Shown in pieces: positions 8,892-17,567 of a stretch of 64,000 bases of DNA. The DNA lies in the NCBI GenBank assembly GCA_038851075.1, contig JAWCLG010000001.1, positions 46,206 through 110,205 of the forward strand, read 5' to 3'. The position numbers were made by a program, and so were the translations under genes. Positions within the stretch are counted from its first letter, which is position 1. Each line of letters starts with the position of its first letter. Origin of the DNA: Candidatus Hadarchaeales archaeon. GTDB taxonomy: Archaea; Hadarchaeota; Hadarchaeia; Hadarchaeales; Hadarchaeaceae. The notes beneath the pieces are model-generated. The model had not been told where the DNA came from, made no database searches, and saw only the letters and a program-made list of their open reading frames with translations.

Positions 8892-9854
8892 ATGAAGAGG
8901 ATAGCTGTGGCCACAACCGGCGGAGACGCTCCCGGAATGAACGCCTGCATCAGGACCGTGGTCAGGACGGCGATAGCTGCCGGACTTGAAGTCATCGGTG
9001 TCGAGGAAGGATTCGAGGGAATGATACGGGGGAAGATGAGGAAAATGGATTCGAGATCCGTGAGCGGAATAATCAACCGCGGAGGCACAATACTGAGAAC
9101 GAGCAGGTGCGAGGAAATAAAAGCGGATGAAGGAATAAAAAAGGCCAACAGAAACCTGAAAAGATGGGGAGTGGACGGGCTGATCATCATCGGAGGCGAG
9201 GGATCGTTCAGAGGAGGATGGAGTCTCTACAGCAACTCCAACATACCGGTCGTCGGAATCCCCGCAAGCATAGATAACGACATAGCCGGAACCGACGTGA
9301 CGATAGGATTCGACACGGCGGTGAACACCGCAGTGGATGCGGTTAACAAGATACGGGACACCGCCTTCTCTCACGAACGGGTTTTCCTTGTTGAGGTCAT
9401 GGGGAGAACAAGGGGGTTTCTGGCGCTTGAGGTGGCTCTGGCGTGCGGTTCTGAGATGGTACTGATACCGGAGGTGGAGTACAGCGTTGATGAGATAGTT
9501 TCGAGACTAAAGGAGTGGAGAAAAGCAGGCAAGAAAAGCATAATAATTGTAATGGCGGAGGGAGCAGGAAGCCCAGATGCGATATCCGAACATATATCGG
9601 ATCTTACCGGATACGAGGTCAGAGTATCAAAACTCGGGTACATACAGAGGGGTGGATCTCCGACCGCAGCCAGCATAAGGCTTGCCACACTTTTCGGTCA
9701 TCAGGCGGTAAGGACCATCAGGGGTACTAAAGGGGCCAGGATGCTGGGTTTCACCAACGGAAAGGTGATCACGCGCCCGCTCAACTACCCTCTGACTCAC
9801 AGAAAGGAAATCGACATGAGCGTCTACAGGCTCGTACAATCAATGTCCATATGA
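8892..9854 (+). CDS. pfkA: 6-phosphofructokinase, PfkA family
   Basis: Classic PfkA blocks are present: IAVATTGGDAPGMNACIR, LIIIGGEGSFRG, GIPASIDNDI, VEVMGRTRG and LGYIQRGG. Confidence 0.85.
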   Translation: MKRIAVATTGGDAPGMNACIRTVVRTAIAAGLEVIGVEEGFEGMIRGKMRKMDSRSVSGIINRGGTILRTSRCEEIKADEGIKKANRNLKRWGVDGLIIIGGEGSFRGGWSLYSNSNIPVVGIPASIDNDIAGTDVTIGFDTAVNTAVDAVNKIRDTAFSHERVFLVEVMGRTRGFLALEVALACGSEMVLIPEVEYSVDEIVSRLKEWRKAGKKSIIIVMAEGAGSPDAISEHISDLTGYEVRVSKLGYIQRGGSPTAASIRLATLFGHQAVRTIRGTKGARMLGFTNGKVITRPLNYPLTHRKEIDMSVYRLVQSMSI

Positions 9855-10531
9855 GGGGATCTCCTCTGCCCTCCCGCTTGAAAGTTCACAGGCTGGGCGG
9901 CCGCGGCTTCGACTCCAACATTTACCTCATCGTTGATCAGAAAATCGCGCTGATAGACGCCGGGACCGGGAGCAACGTTGAAACAACGCTGGGCGAGCTT
10001 GGCAGGATCGGTGTTCGTAAAATAGACATACTCATCAATACGCACTGTCACTATGACCACGCTGGAGGAGATCACGAAATCAGAAGGAAATTCGGGTGCG
10101 ATATCGCGATTTACCGGGCTGAAGCAGAATTCCTTCGAAAAGGGGATTCTCACATGACGCTTTCAGCTGAATTTTTCGGTGAGACCATGAAAGCGGTTGA
10201 CGTGTCGCATGAGTTGAATGAGCGTGATGAAATAAATCTTGGAAAAAACAGCCTTGAGGTGATCCACACTCCTGGACACACCGAAGGCAGCATATGCCTA
10301 CACTGTCCTGAAGCAGGCGTACTTTTTTCCGGCGACACGGTGTTCGCCGATGGAATAGGCAGGACCGATCTTCCGTCCAGCGACCACGAAAAGATGAAAG
10401 AGTCGCTCGGCAGGATCGCCTCGATTGAATTCGATGAGCTGTTCCCCGGGCACGGCCCGGCCCTGAAGACCGGTGGACGGGAGACGGTAAAACGTATTCT
10501 CAGAGAGTACTTCCCGGAACGGGGTAAATAG
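9851..10531 (+). CDS. Metallo-beta-lactamase fold hydrolase (glyoxalase II-like)
   Basis: It has the HCHYDHAGG motif, HTPGHTEGSICL and a downstream GDTVF...GR motif. The start overlaps the pfkA stop (ATGA). Confidence 0.75.
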   Translation: MRGSPLPSRLKVHRLGGRGFDSNIYLIVDQKIALIDAGTGSNVETTLGELGRIGVRKIDILINTHCHYDHAGGDHEIRRKFGCDIAIYRAEAEFLRKGDSHMTLSAEFFGETMKAVDVSHELNERDEINLGKNSLEVIHTPGHTEGSICLHCPEAGVLFSGDTVFADGIGRTDLPSSDHEKMKESLGRIASIEFDELFPGHGPALKTGGRETVKRILREYFPERGK

Positions 10532-10532
10532 A

Positions 10533-11054
10533 ATGATAATCGTGCTGATCGCAATAATGATGGTGATCCTTCTATTTCTGGCCTCCCTTCTTATCACATT
10601 TTACTGGGGGGCACCATGGTCCCCCACTCCGATGAGGACTGTCAGAAAAATGCTCGAGCTGGCCGAGGTAAAGAAGAACGAAAAGGTGTACGACCTGGGG
10701 TCAGGCGACGGGAGAATAGCGCTGACCGCTGCAAGGGAGTTCGGCGCGCTTTCGGTCGGTGTGGAGATAAATCCAATACTCCATCTGCTGGCGCGCCTGA
10801 GGAGGTCCATTTCTGGTCCAGACAGCGGCGTGACCCTTCTCAGAAAGAACTTTTACGATGTCAATCTCGCGGATGCTGACGTTGTGGCTGTGTATCTCTC
10901 ACCCTGGGGGAACAGGAAACTGATGAAAAAGCTGATCAGGGAGATAAGGGCCGGGACGAAGGTGGTTTCTCACAAGTGGAGGTTCGATGAGTGGGAGCCC
11001 GCGAAGGTAGATAAAAAACATCAGATCTATCTTTATGTCTTCCAACGGAAGTGA
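10533..11054 (+). CDS. Membrane-anchored class I SAM-dependent methyltransferase
   Basis: The N-terminal TM helix is MIIVLIAIMMVILLFLASLLITF, followed by SAM-binding motif I (VYDLGSGDGRIALTAA). The start lies 1 nt after the upstream stop. Confidence 0.6.
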   Translation: MIIVLIAIMMVILLFLASLLITFYWGAPWSPTPMRTVRKMLELAEVKKNEKVYDLGSGDGRIALTAAREFGALSVGVEINPILHLLARLRRSISGPDSGVTLLRKNFYDVNLADADVVAVYLSPWGNRKLMKKLIREIRAGTKVVSHKWRFDEWEPAKVDKKHQIYLYVFQRK

Positions 11055-11055
11055 G

Positions 11056-11292
11056 ATGGTGGGTCCCAGAGAAACACTGAACAGGCTGAAGTGGTGCAAC
11101 GAGATGAAGGATGTGAAGATCACGATAATTCACAGAGGGGCTCCGGGAGACAGAAAAACATTCACCGAGGATGAAATCGTTGAACTGGGCAGAAGCTTCA
11201 TGCGGGTCAGGTCGAGTTCCGGAGAGGTCGAGATCCCGTACCACAGGATAGTGAGAATAGAGATTGGGGGCAAAGTGATCTGGGAGAGGTGA
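11056..11292 (+). CDS. UPF0248 (DUF504) family small protein
   Basis: The sequence MVGPRETLNRLKWCNEM...ITIIHRGAPGD...IPYHRIVRIE matches the UPF0248 pattern (LNKLKW...HRG...IPxHRI). The ATG at 11056 lies 1 nt after the upstream stop, and the track start at 11035 overlaps the upstream gene. Confidence 0.6.
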   Translation: MVGPRETLNRLKWCNEMKDVKITIIHRGAPGDRKTFTEDEIVELGRSFMRVRSSSGEVEIPYHRIVRIEIGGKVIWER

Positions 11293-11320
11293 TGTTCTGG
11301 AGCTCCTGGTCGAACTGCTG

Positions 11321-12463
11321 GTGCTGCTGCTGGTCGCCAAGGTGTTCGGCGAGATATTTCACCACTTCGGGTTCTCAGCGATGATAGGAGAGGTGCTCGC
11401 GGGAGTGCTTCTGGGACCAGCTGTCCTAGGACTGTTCTCGCAGAGCGCATACATTGAAACGGTAGCAATGCTCGGACTGCTAATATTGATGCTGGTGTCC
11501 GGGATGAATTCCAGGTTCGAGCTTCTGAAGACCATAAGGCTAAAGTCCGCTATAATCTCCCTGTTTGGAGTATGTGTATCCCTAGGACTCGGAGCGCTGG
11601 CAGGGTACCTCTGGACCGGAGATATATTTCCGGCGATATTCATTGGAGCGGTGCTCAGCAATACGGCCACAGAAGTTGTGGTCAGATTCACATCTAAAAG
11701 CTCAATTTCCCATCTGGTGACCGCGGCCGCCCTGATAGACGACATCATCGCCGTTTACATTCTGGGACTTGTGTCAACCTCAACTATAAAACAGGCGCTT
11801 GGACTGCCTACCGACCCGGCTGCAATAGCGATTACCACCGTAGGTATAATCGCGTTCTTCATCCTGACCATCTACCTCTCCAAGCTCGTAATTATCCGGC
11901 TGGATGTGATGAAGCGCCTCTGGAAACACAAGGGGAGAGGGATACCTGTAACTTTTGCGATGGTCCTTGCGCTGCTTTTCGCTGTTGTTGCGAGATACGT
12001 TGGGATGCATGAGATCATAGGCGCTTACATGGCCGGGCTGTTCATAGGCAGGCTCAGGGAAAAGCCTGACGCCCTCCTTCTGGGCAGAATAAGGCTGAAC
12101 GCCTTGCTCGACGACATGGGGACCGTCATGCAGGGGGTGCTGACCCCGTTCTTCTTTGCCTACGTCGGACTTCTCTTCCCACAGCTCGGCGGAATAAACC
12201 TCCTGATGCTCCTGGCATTCACCGCTGTGGCTTTTGGAGGAAAGATTGCGGGTGCAGGGATGGGGGCTTTAATTGTCGGATTACGTGGAAGCGAATCGCT
12301 GAAAGTCGGTGTTGCAATGTGCGCGAGAGGAAGCCTCGAACTGGCAATGCTCCAGTTCGGAAGGGTCACTGGAATAATAAGCCTTGAGTTATACTCCGTG
12401 ATGGTGGTGATGGTGCTTCTCACCGCCCTGCTGACCCCGGTCATCTTCAGACTGCTTAGATAA
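11321..12463 (+). CDS. Cation:proton antiporter (CPA2/Kef-NapA type Na+/H+ exchanger)
   Basis: 380 aa with about 11 TM helices. The N-terminus LLLVAKVFGEIFHHFGFSAMIGEVLAGVLLGP is typical of Na_H_Exchanger family proteins. It has a GTG start. Confidence 0.75.
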   Translation: MLLLVAKVFGEIFHHFGFSAMIGEVLAGVLLGPAVLGLFSQSAYIETVAMLGLLILMLVSGMNSRFELLKTIRLKSAIISLFGVCVSLGLGALAGYLWTGDIFPAIFIGAVLSNTATEVVVRFTSKSSISHLVTAAALIDDIIAVYILGLVSTSTIKQALGLPTDPAAIAITTVGIIAFFILTIYLSKLVIIRLDVMKRLWKHKGRGIPVTFAMVLALLFAVVARYVGMHEIIGAYMAGLFIGRLREKPDALLLGRIRLNALLDDMGTVMQGVLTPFFFAYVGLLFPQLGGINLLMLLAFTAVAFGGKIAGAGMGALIVGLRGSESLKVGVAMCARGSLELAMLQFGRVTGIISLELYSVMVVMVLLTALLTPVIFRLLR

Positions 12464-12504
12464 TCCCCTTTTATCCCTGGTCCTCCAAAAATAGCGGGGT
12501 CGAT

Positions 12505-12846
12505 ATGAAGGGAGGACTGGCGGCATCGGATATCATAAGATCCATGCTTATGCTTGGATACGGCCAAGGTCAGATATATGAGGTGCTTACCTGCGCCGGG
12601 CTGAACGGAGAGACGGTGCAACTGCTCATTGATAGAATACTTGCTGAAATCCCAGAAAACGTGACACGCAAGTCTGAACTCAAACAGGGTTTAGATGAGA
12701 TAAAGGAGGAAATTGAAAGCCTGAGGAACGAGATGGCCCTAAGAATAAACACGCTTGCCGGTAAGATCGTCATGGAAAAAGCTAAGACCCGCCCATGGCT
12801 CTGCCAACGAGAAATGACGCGAAGGCCAATAGGGAAAGCGCCATAA
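12505..12846 (+). CDS. Hypothetical small protein with a coiled-coil segment
   Basis: 113 aa with the helical heptad-like region LKQGLDEIKEEIESLRNEMALRINTLAGK. I recognised no family. Its 3' end overlaps the convergent transporter gene by 65 nt. Confidence 0.3.
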   Translation: MKGGLAASDIIRSMLMLGYGQGQIYEVLTCAGLNGETVQLLIDRILAEIPENVTRKSELKQGLDEIKEEIESLRNEMALRINTLAGKIVMEKAKTRPWLCQREMTRRPIGKAP

Positions 12847-13711
12847 GCTGCACTGCCAGCGCTTTCCTCGGAGCCGACCTCCACTCGCCCAGAACCATGG
12901 ACCACGCGTTACCTGTGAATATCTGGATGCCCATCATCATCGGATATGACAGCGCAACCCCCACTACATCTGCTGATGCGTAGTGGGAGAGAACCCCAAA
13001 CGAAAATATCACTCCACCGATCAGCGGCAAAATCAGGCTGCGCCAACCCCCTGAATTCACCCGCCGATTTCCACGTATGAACGCGCAGAGAGAGATAAGC
13101 TGGGCCATCCAGAAACCTCCGGTCAGCAGAAGGATCGAAGCCCATGTTCCAACCGCCGGACGTGATCCTCCATAGCCCAGCGCAAACAGACTGGAGAGAA
13201 ATCCTGACGCGATGCACACCGGAATTCCTTTTCTAAAGTTTCTCTTCTCTGGGGCATCACCAGACTTGAGGCTTCCAGAGTAGGAACTGATAAGGGTCCC
13301 GAACAAGGCGACCAGCATTCCGCAGATTCCATACAGGAGCGGCTCATCCGACATACCTCCGGAGAAAAAAACCATTGAAACAGAAGTTCCAACCAGCATT
13401 CCCAGCCCCAGTATTATCGCATATCCGAGCGCCAATCCCACTAGGGTCAGAGCATATCCGAAGCTGAGAGTGGCCAACCCCCATCCCAGCCCTCCACCCA
13501 GCCCCCATATCAGGCTTTGCAGATCCGCTCTGCCCAGGCTCGCCATCGTGTTTCCTCCAGCGATAAAACATCCGGCCGCAACTGTGAGGAAAGTCGTGGC
13601 AAAGAAAACCGTAAAAAAGGAGGTCAGACCGGGTCCTCTGTACTTCTTCAGCGTCAGCGACCAGGACCCAAAAAACACCCCTGACAGAATGGCTAGAATT
13701 ACGGGCAGCAT
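12782..13711 (-). CDS. RhaT-family (L-rhamnose/proton symporter-like) sugar transporter
   Basis: 309 aa with about 10 TM helices. The blocks WGLGGGLGWGLATLSFGYALTLVGLALGYAIILGLGMLVGT and GEWRSAPRKA resemble the conserved blocks I recall from E. coli RhaT. Confidence 0.55.
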   Translation of the reverse strand: MLPVILAILSGVFFGSWSLTLKKYRGPGLTSFFTVFFATTFLTVAAGCFIAGGNTMASLGRADLQSLIWGLGGGLGWGLATLSFGYALTLVGLALGYAIILGLGMLVGTSVSMVFFSGGMSDEPLLYGICGMLVALFGTLISSYSGSLKSGDAPEKRNFRKGIPVCIASGFLSSLFALGYGGSRPAVGTWASILLLTGGFWMAQLISLCAFIRGNRRVNSGGWRSLILPLIGGVIFSFGVLSHYASADVVGVALSYPMMMGIQIFTGNAWSMVLGEWRSAPRKALAVQLMALSLLAFASFLVGRAMGGS

Positions 13712-13730
13712 CTAAGCCCACTCAGCCGGG

Positions 13731-15062
13731 CTACAGGGCCGGGAGAAGCTTCTCCACCTCCCAGTTGTGAACATGTGTACGGTACTCATCCCATTCCCTG
13801 CCCTTTATGTACAGAAAGTGAGTGAACAGGTGCTCTCCGAGCGCCTCCTTAACAAGAGAGCTCTTCCTCATGTACTCCAGCGCCTGCCCGAGGCTCCCTG
13901 GAAGCATCTCTATTCCCGCCTCCTCCCGCGCCTCATGGCCCATTTTATAGATGTCCCTCTCTACCGGCTCGGGCGGCTCTATCCCTTCATCAATTCCCCT
14001 CAGTCCCGCCGCGAGCATGAGCGTGAACTGGAGGTACGGGTTTCCTGCAGGGTCTGGGCTCCTGAGCTCTATCCTGGTCCTCTGCCCCCTGCCGGCCGGG
14101 ACCCTTATGTAAGCACTCCTGTTCCTGTTTGCCCATGATATGTACACCGGCGCCTCGTATCCTGGCACCAGTCTCTTATACGAGTTAACCGATGAAGCGA
14201 GTACCGCGCATATCTCCTTTGCGTACTTCAAAAGTCCTCCTATGAAGTGCAAACACGTCTTGCTCAGCCTGTACTGACCCTTTGGATCGTAAAACACGCT
14301 CTTATCCGCTGAGGTCATCAGTGACATGTGTACATGCATGCCGGAACCATTTATTCCATATATCGGCTTCGGCATGAAAGTCGCGTACAGGCCATGCTTG
14401 TACGCCACGGTCTTAGTTACGTACTTCATCATGGCGACCCTGTCCGCAGAAACCACCGCGTCTGAGTATCTCAGGTCTATCTCGTGCTGGCCCGGCGCGA
14501 CCTCGTGGTGGGAAGCCTCCACCTCAAAACCCATCGCGTTCAGATAGGTGACTATCTCTTTTCTGACACCGTCTCCCCTGTCTCTCATCAGGTCGAAGTA
14601 TCCCCCGTGGTCCGATGGCTTCGTGGTAGGGTTTCCGTTCTCGTCCACCATGAAGAGGAAAAACTCGTACTCGGGTGCCGTGTTGAAGACCCATCCCTTA
14701 TCTCTGGCCACCTTCATCAGCCTCTCGAGGGCAAACCTCGGATCTCCTGCAAACCTGTTTCCCTCATGATCGTAAACGTTACATACCATTCTCGCGGTTT
14801 TTGTAGAGTCATCAGTCCATGGTATGACGACAAAGGTGTTAGGGTCCGGCTTCAGCCTCATATCTGATTCCTCTATTGTGGCATAGCCGAGCACCGAAGA
14901 CCCGTCAAAGAATATCCCCTCCTCGAGCGCCTTTTCAAGCTTATTATCCGGTATGGTTACATTCTTCACCGTTCCAAGGATATCCATGAACTGCATCTGA
15001 ATGAACTTCACATTCTCCTTCTTCACTATCTGGAGTATCTCATCTGCAGAAGTCATTTTCAT
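13731..15062 (-). CDS. glnA: Glutamine synthetase, type I
   Basis: 443 aa. It has the N-terminal beta-grasp domain (VKFIQMQFMDILG), FDGSS, the ATP-binding region (GSGMHVHMSL) and NRSAYIRVP. Confidence 0.9.
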   Translation of the reverse strand: MKMTSADEILQIVKKENVKFIQMQFMDILGTVKNVTIPDNKLEKALEEGIFFDGSSVLGYATIEESDMRLKPDPNTFVVIPWTDDSTKTARMVCNVYDHEGNRFAGDPRFALERLMKVARDKGWVFNTAPEYEFFLFMVDENGNPTTKPSDHGGYFDLMRDRGDGVRKEIVTYLNAMGFEVEASHHEVAPGQHEIDLRYSDAVVSADRVAMMKYVTKTVAYKHGLYATFMPKPIYGINGSGMHVHMSLMTSADKSVFYDPKGQYRLSKTCLHFIGGLLKYAKEICAVLASSVNSYKRLVPGYEAPVYISWANRNRSAYIRVPAGRGQRTRIELRSPDPAGNPYLQFTLMLAAGLRGIDEGIEPPEPVERDIYKMGHEAREEAGIEMLPGSLGQALEYMRKSSLVKEALGEHLFTHFLYIKGREWDEYRTHVHNWEVEKLLPAL

Positions 15063-15088
15063 CGCTCCACTAAATCTAACGGCTACCT

Positions 15089-15098
15089 GTTAAAAAAG
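15089..15098 (-). promoter_or_regulatory. TATA-like box upstream of glnA. The same T-run is a plausible terminator for the upstream pilus-like operon.
   Basis: The minus strand reads TTTTTTAACA, 25 nt upstream of the glnA ATG (15062), in the 48-nt gap after the last pilin-like gene. Confidence 0.3.
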
Positions 15099-15110
15099 AT
15101 GACGTGGACT

Positions 15111-15776
15111 TCAAGCCAGCGCCCTCCCTGCAAAATCATCCTTAACCGTGACTCTGACCCTCCCGCCCACGCGCTCTATATAAAAAGTCAGGAGCTCGCA
15201 TGAGTATTCCGTGTTGTATCTCCTCTCAAGATCTTCAAGGTCACCGTAGCTCAGCGCCTCTTCATACGCCTTATTTGCTAGATAATACATTCTTCCATAC
15301 CTGGGTACCACGCCCGCGGAAAGCTCAACGCCGAATCCTCTCGTTCCCGAGATGTGCGTCACCACCGCGTCAAGGTATCCTGCGGCCATGAGGCTGCCGT
15401 CGGGTAGCCAGACAAGCTTCAACGAGTTCTCATCGCTCAGCGGGACCACGATATCGAAGTTGGGATAGCTCCAGCCTGCCCCTATTCTCTGGTTGAAGTA
15501 CTCCCTCAGAGTGACGAGCACCCTCTCGCGATCCCCGCCAGCCCTGCCAACCTCATACATGGAAGCCTCCACCGATGTCCTCAGCGCCTGGTTGAGCTCT
15601 CTCTCCAAGGTCTCTGACATTGCCCGCGTGGTCTCAAGGGCAATCCTCCTCTCCATCGCGTCAAGCTGTTCCCTGTAGCCCTCTTCAAAGATGTAAACCG
15701 CGGCGAGAGATGTGATGATGACGAAAACGGAGAAAAACCCGAGAACCGGAGCCGAACCGCGAACCATTTTCTTCAA
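15111..15776 (-). CDS. Pilin-like protein 5 (class III signal-peptide-like N-terminus, long helical region)
   Basis: 221 aa. MKKMVRG|SAPVLGFFSVFVIITSLAAVYIF is followed by a helical segment (EEGYREQLDAMERRIALETTRAMSETLERELNQAL). It overlaps the upstream gene by 4 nt. Confidence 0.55.
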   Translation of the reverse strand: MKKMVRGSAPVLGFFSVFVIITSLAAVYIFEEGYREQLDAMERRIALETTRAMSETLERELNQALRTSVEASMYEVGRAGGDRERVLVTLREYFNQRIGAGWSYPNFDIVVPLSDENSLKLVWLPDGSLMAAGYLDAVVTHISGTRGFGVELSAGVVPRYGRMYYLANKAYEEALSYGDLEDLERRYNTEYSCELLTFYIERVGGRVRVTVKDDFAGRALA

Positions 15777-16288
15777 CCGCTCACCTCGAACATCTTCAGC
15801 TTGGCATTAACTTGGGCCACCCTGTTCTCACCCTTCCCCGCGATTATTAGCGTTACCTTGCCGGAGAACTCGCGAAACGCCACTGTGTCGGCGTGCGCAT
15901 CAGGCGGAAAAGTCTGGACCCACCTGTTGTCCCCGTATCGAAGCTCGAGTTCAAGACCATATCCCTGAGGGCATATGTACCCGAGAACGTTTTCCGTTCT
16001 ATCAATTATGTACTCTCCCGGAAGTGAGGCATCCGATCCAAAGTTCTCCATCACCAAGTTCTCCGATATCGCCTCAAGGTAGGTCAGAGAGGAATTCTCA
16101 ACATTGGAAAGCTCGAGAACCTTGTAAGCGTACTCCACCTTCATCTGGATCTGTCTCCCATTCGCGGATGATATCGCGTCGATGCCGTACGAGTGAAGGA
16201 GCACCCCCGCCAGTATCGCGATTATGAACATCACTGCTATGCTGAGTATATCGCTTATTCCCCTCTCAGAACGGCTCATGCCCTCCAC
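15773..16288 (-). CDS. Pilin-like protein 4
   Basis: 171 aa. MEGMSRSERG|ISDILSIAVMFIIAILAGVLL is a basic patch plus RG followed by a hydrophobic helix, as in archaeal class III signal peptides. Confidence 0.55.
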   Translation of the reverse strand: MEGMSRSERGISDILSIAVMFIIAILAGVLLHSYGIDAISSANGRQIQMKVEYAYKVLELSNVENSSLTYLEAISENLVMENFGSDASLPGEYIIDRTENVLGYICPQGYGLELELRYGDNRWVQTFPPDAHADTVAFREFSGKVTLIIAGKGENRVAQVNAKLKMFEVSG

Positions 16289-16725
16289 ACGACCACCTCC
16301 ATCTTGCCGGGGACATATCGAAAGTTATCGAAGATGATCACCGGCAGCAACAGCGCGCACCTCTCCCGCCCCTCCGCAGGTTCCGGTCCGAAGCTCCAGC
16401 TGGAACTCCCTGAATAGAACCGCAGCCCGTATTCAAAGTTCTCCCCTCCCATCGTCTCCATGAAGCTCAGCTGATTTACCCTGCCCAGATCAAGAACATA
16501 GCTTACCTCGGTATTTCCCTGTCTGAGCGCCAGCCTGTTGAGAACAAGATCGTTCGCCACGGTACCCGTGGCATCCACAAGAGCCGCTGTGGAGAGCGTG
16601 TATTTGTAGTGCTGGTAGGCTGAAAACATGAGAAAGAGGAATACGATGATCATGAATGCCGTCATAACTGCCTTGAATATCCTTATCAGGTCCATTCGAC
16701 CACCAGCCTGCCGTTCTCGGTCCAC
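16276..16725 (-). CDS. Pilin-like protein 3
   Basis: 149 aa with the N-terminus MDRERQAGGR|MDLIRIFKAVMTAFMIIVFLFLMF. An alternative start at 16695 (MDLIR...) is possible. It overlaps both neighbours. Confidence 0.5.
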   Translation of the reverse strand: MDRERQAGGRMDLIRIFKAVMTAFMIIVFLFLMFSAYQHYKYTLSTAALVDATGTVANDLVLNRLALRQGNTEVSYVLDLGRVNQLSFMETMGGENFEYGLRFYSGSSSWSFGPEPAEGRERCALLLPVIIFDNFRYVPGKMEVVVWRA

Positions 16726-17048
16726 ACCGTTATAGTGCGCCTTCCGGGGTCGACCGGAGGTATGCCGTCAGCGAACCTCATCAACAGACCCCCCTCCGGA
16801 ACAGAATATCCATCTACCGAAATCATGTTATCGCTGAAGGTCATCTTAAAGTTCCCCGGAATGTAAACATCGGCAACCTGATGCCCCCCAACCTGAACAG
16901 CGACCTCGCAGGCGTGCGCCACTTCTATCGCTGCCGCTCTGGCAGCGCTTTCATCCGACGCATGGCGAAACACAAGATAACAGAAAAAACCGATCACAAG
17001 CGCCATTATCGTTAGAACGAGAACTCCCAAAGTGCGCAGGGAAGGCAT
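16686..17048 (-). CDS. Pilin-like protein 2
   Basis: 120 aa. The N-terminus MPSLRT|LGVLVLTIMALVIGFFCYLVF is followed by a beta-rich C-terminus. Confidence 0.5.
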   Translation of the reverse strand: MPSLRTLGVLVLTIMALVIGFFCYLVFRHASDESAARAAAIEVAHACEVAVQVGGHQVADVYIPGNFKMTFSDNMISVDGYSVPEGGLLMRFADGIPPVDPGRRTITVWTENGRLVVEWT

Positions 17049-17054
17049 GGGAGA

Positions 17055-17507
17055 TTACACCAGCGTGAGTTCGAGCGTGGCCGTCTGCTCGATGTCGTCG
17101 GCGCCTCTCCCCCTTATCGTGAGCGTGACGGCTCCCGGGGTTGCCGTATTGTCCACGGTGATGGTCATTGTTGACCCGAATCTCGGCTGTCCGCTTCCCG
17201 GAGAGAAGCTGACCCTCACCCCGGTGGGCTCCCCAGTAACGGAAAGGGTGACCGTTTTGCTGTAGTCACCGATTTTTTCCACAGTCACTGAAAGGTTGGT
17301 GGACTCTGACCCGCTCTGAGGTATATTCAGGCTCACAGAGCTGGGGGAAACAGTTACGCTGAATGAGGTCAGCTGCTGTATTCCCCTGCCCGCCCAAGTG
17401 TAAACACCGTACGCTATGCTGAGCCCGATCACAAGAAGTATTATGCCTGCAAACAGCTTCATCGCCAGCGGCTCCACACCGCGTTCCTCCGCAATCGGTC
17501 CGAACAT
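17055..17507 (-). CDS. Pilin-like protein 1 with an Ig-like beta-sandwich C-terminal domain (candidate major subunit)
   Basis: 150 aa. MFGPIAEERG|VEPLAMKLFAGIILLVIGLSIAYGVY is followed by SVTVSPSSVSLNIP...TVTLSVTGEPTGVRVSFSPG...TMTITVDNTATPGAVTLTIRG. An SD-like AGGGGA lies about 7 nt upstream of the ATG. Confidence 0.55.
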   Translation of the reverse strand: MFGPIAEERGVEPLAMKLFAGIILLVIGLSIAYGVYTWAGRGIQQLTSFSVTVSPSSVSLNIPQSGSESTNLSVTVEKIGDYSKTVTLSVTGEPTGVRVSFSPGSGQPRFGSTMTITVDNTATPGAVTLTIRGRGADDIEQTATLELTLV

Positions 17508-17567
17508 CTTTTCTTCCCCTCAAAAAACCTTAACCCTGCGAACCTTTTAAATCAGTCGTTCAAGGCG

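Noticed and set aside
8667-9374. Long antisense ORFs inside well-supported genes. Examples are 8667-9374 in pfkA, 38532-39245 in argS, 20978-21529 in the ATPase, 34800-35318 in glmS and 31799-32320 in gatE.
   Set aside because: Each lies opposite a gene with strong family motifs, and its composition is typical of the reverse frame of a coding sequence. I found no independent start or SD support.
13731-15110. glnA as the last gene of the pilus-like operon
   Set aside because: The 48-nt gap contains a T6 run and a TATA-like box 25 nt upstream of the glnA ATG. glnA therefore most likely has its own promoter.
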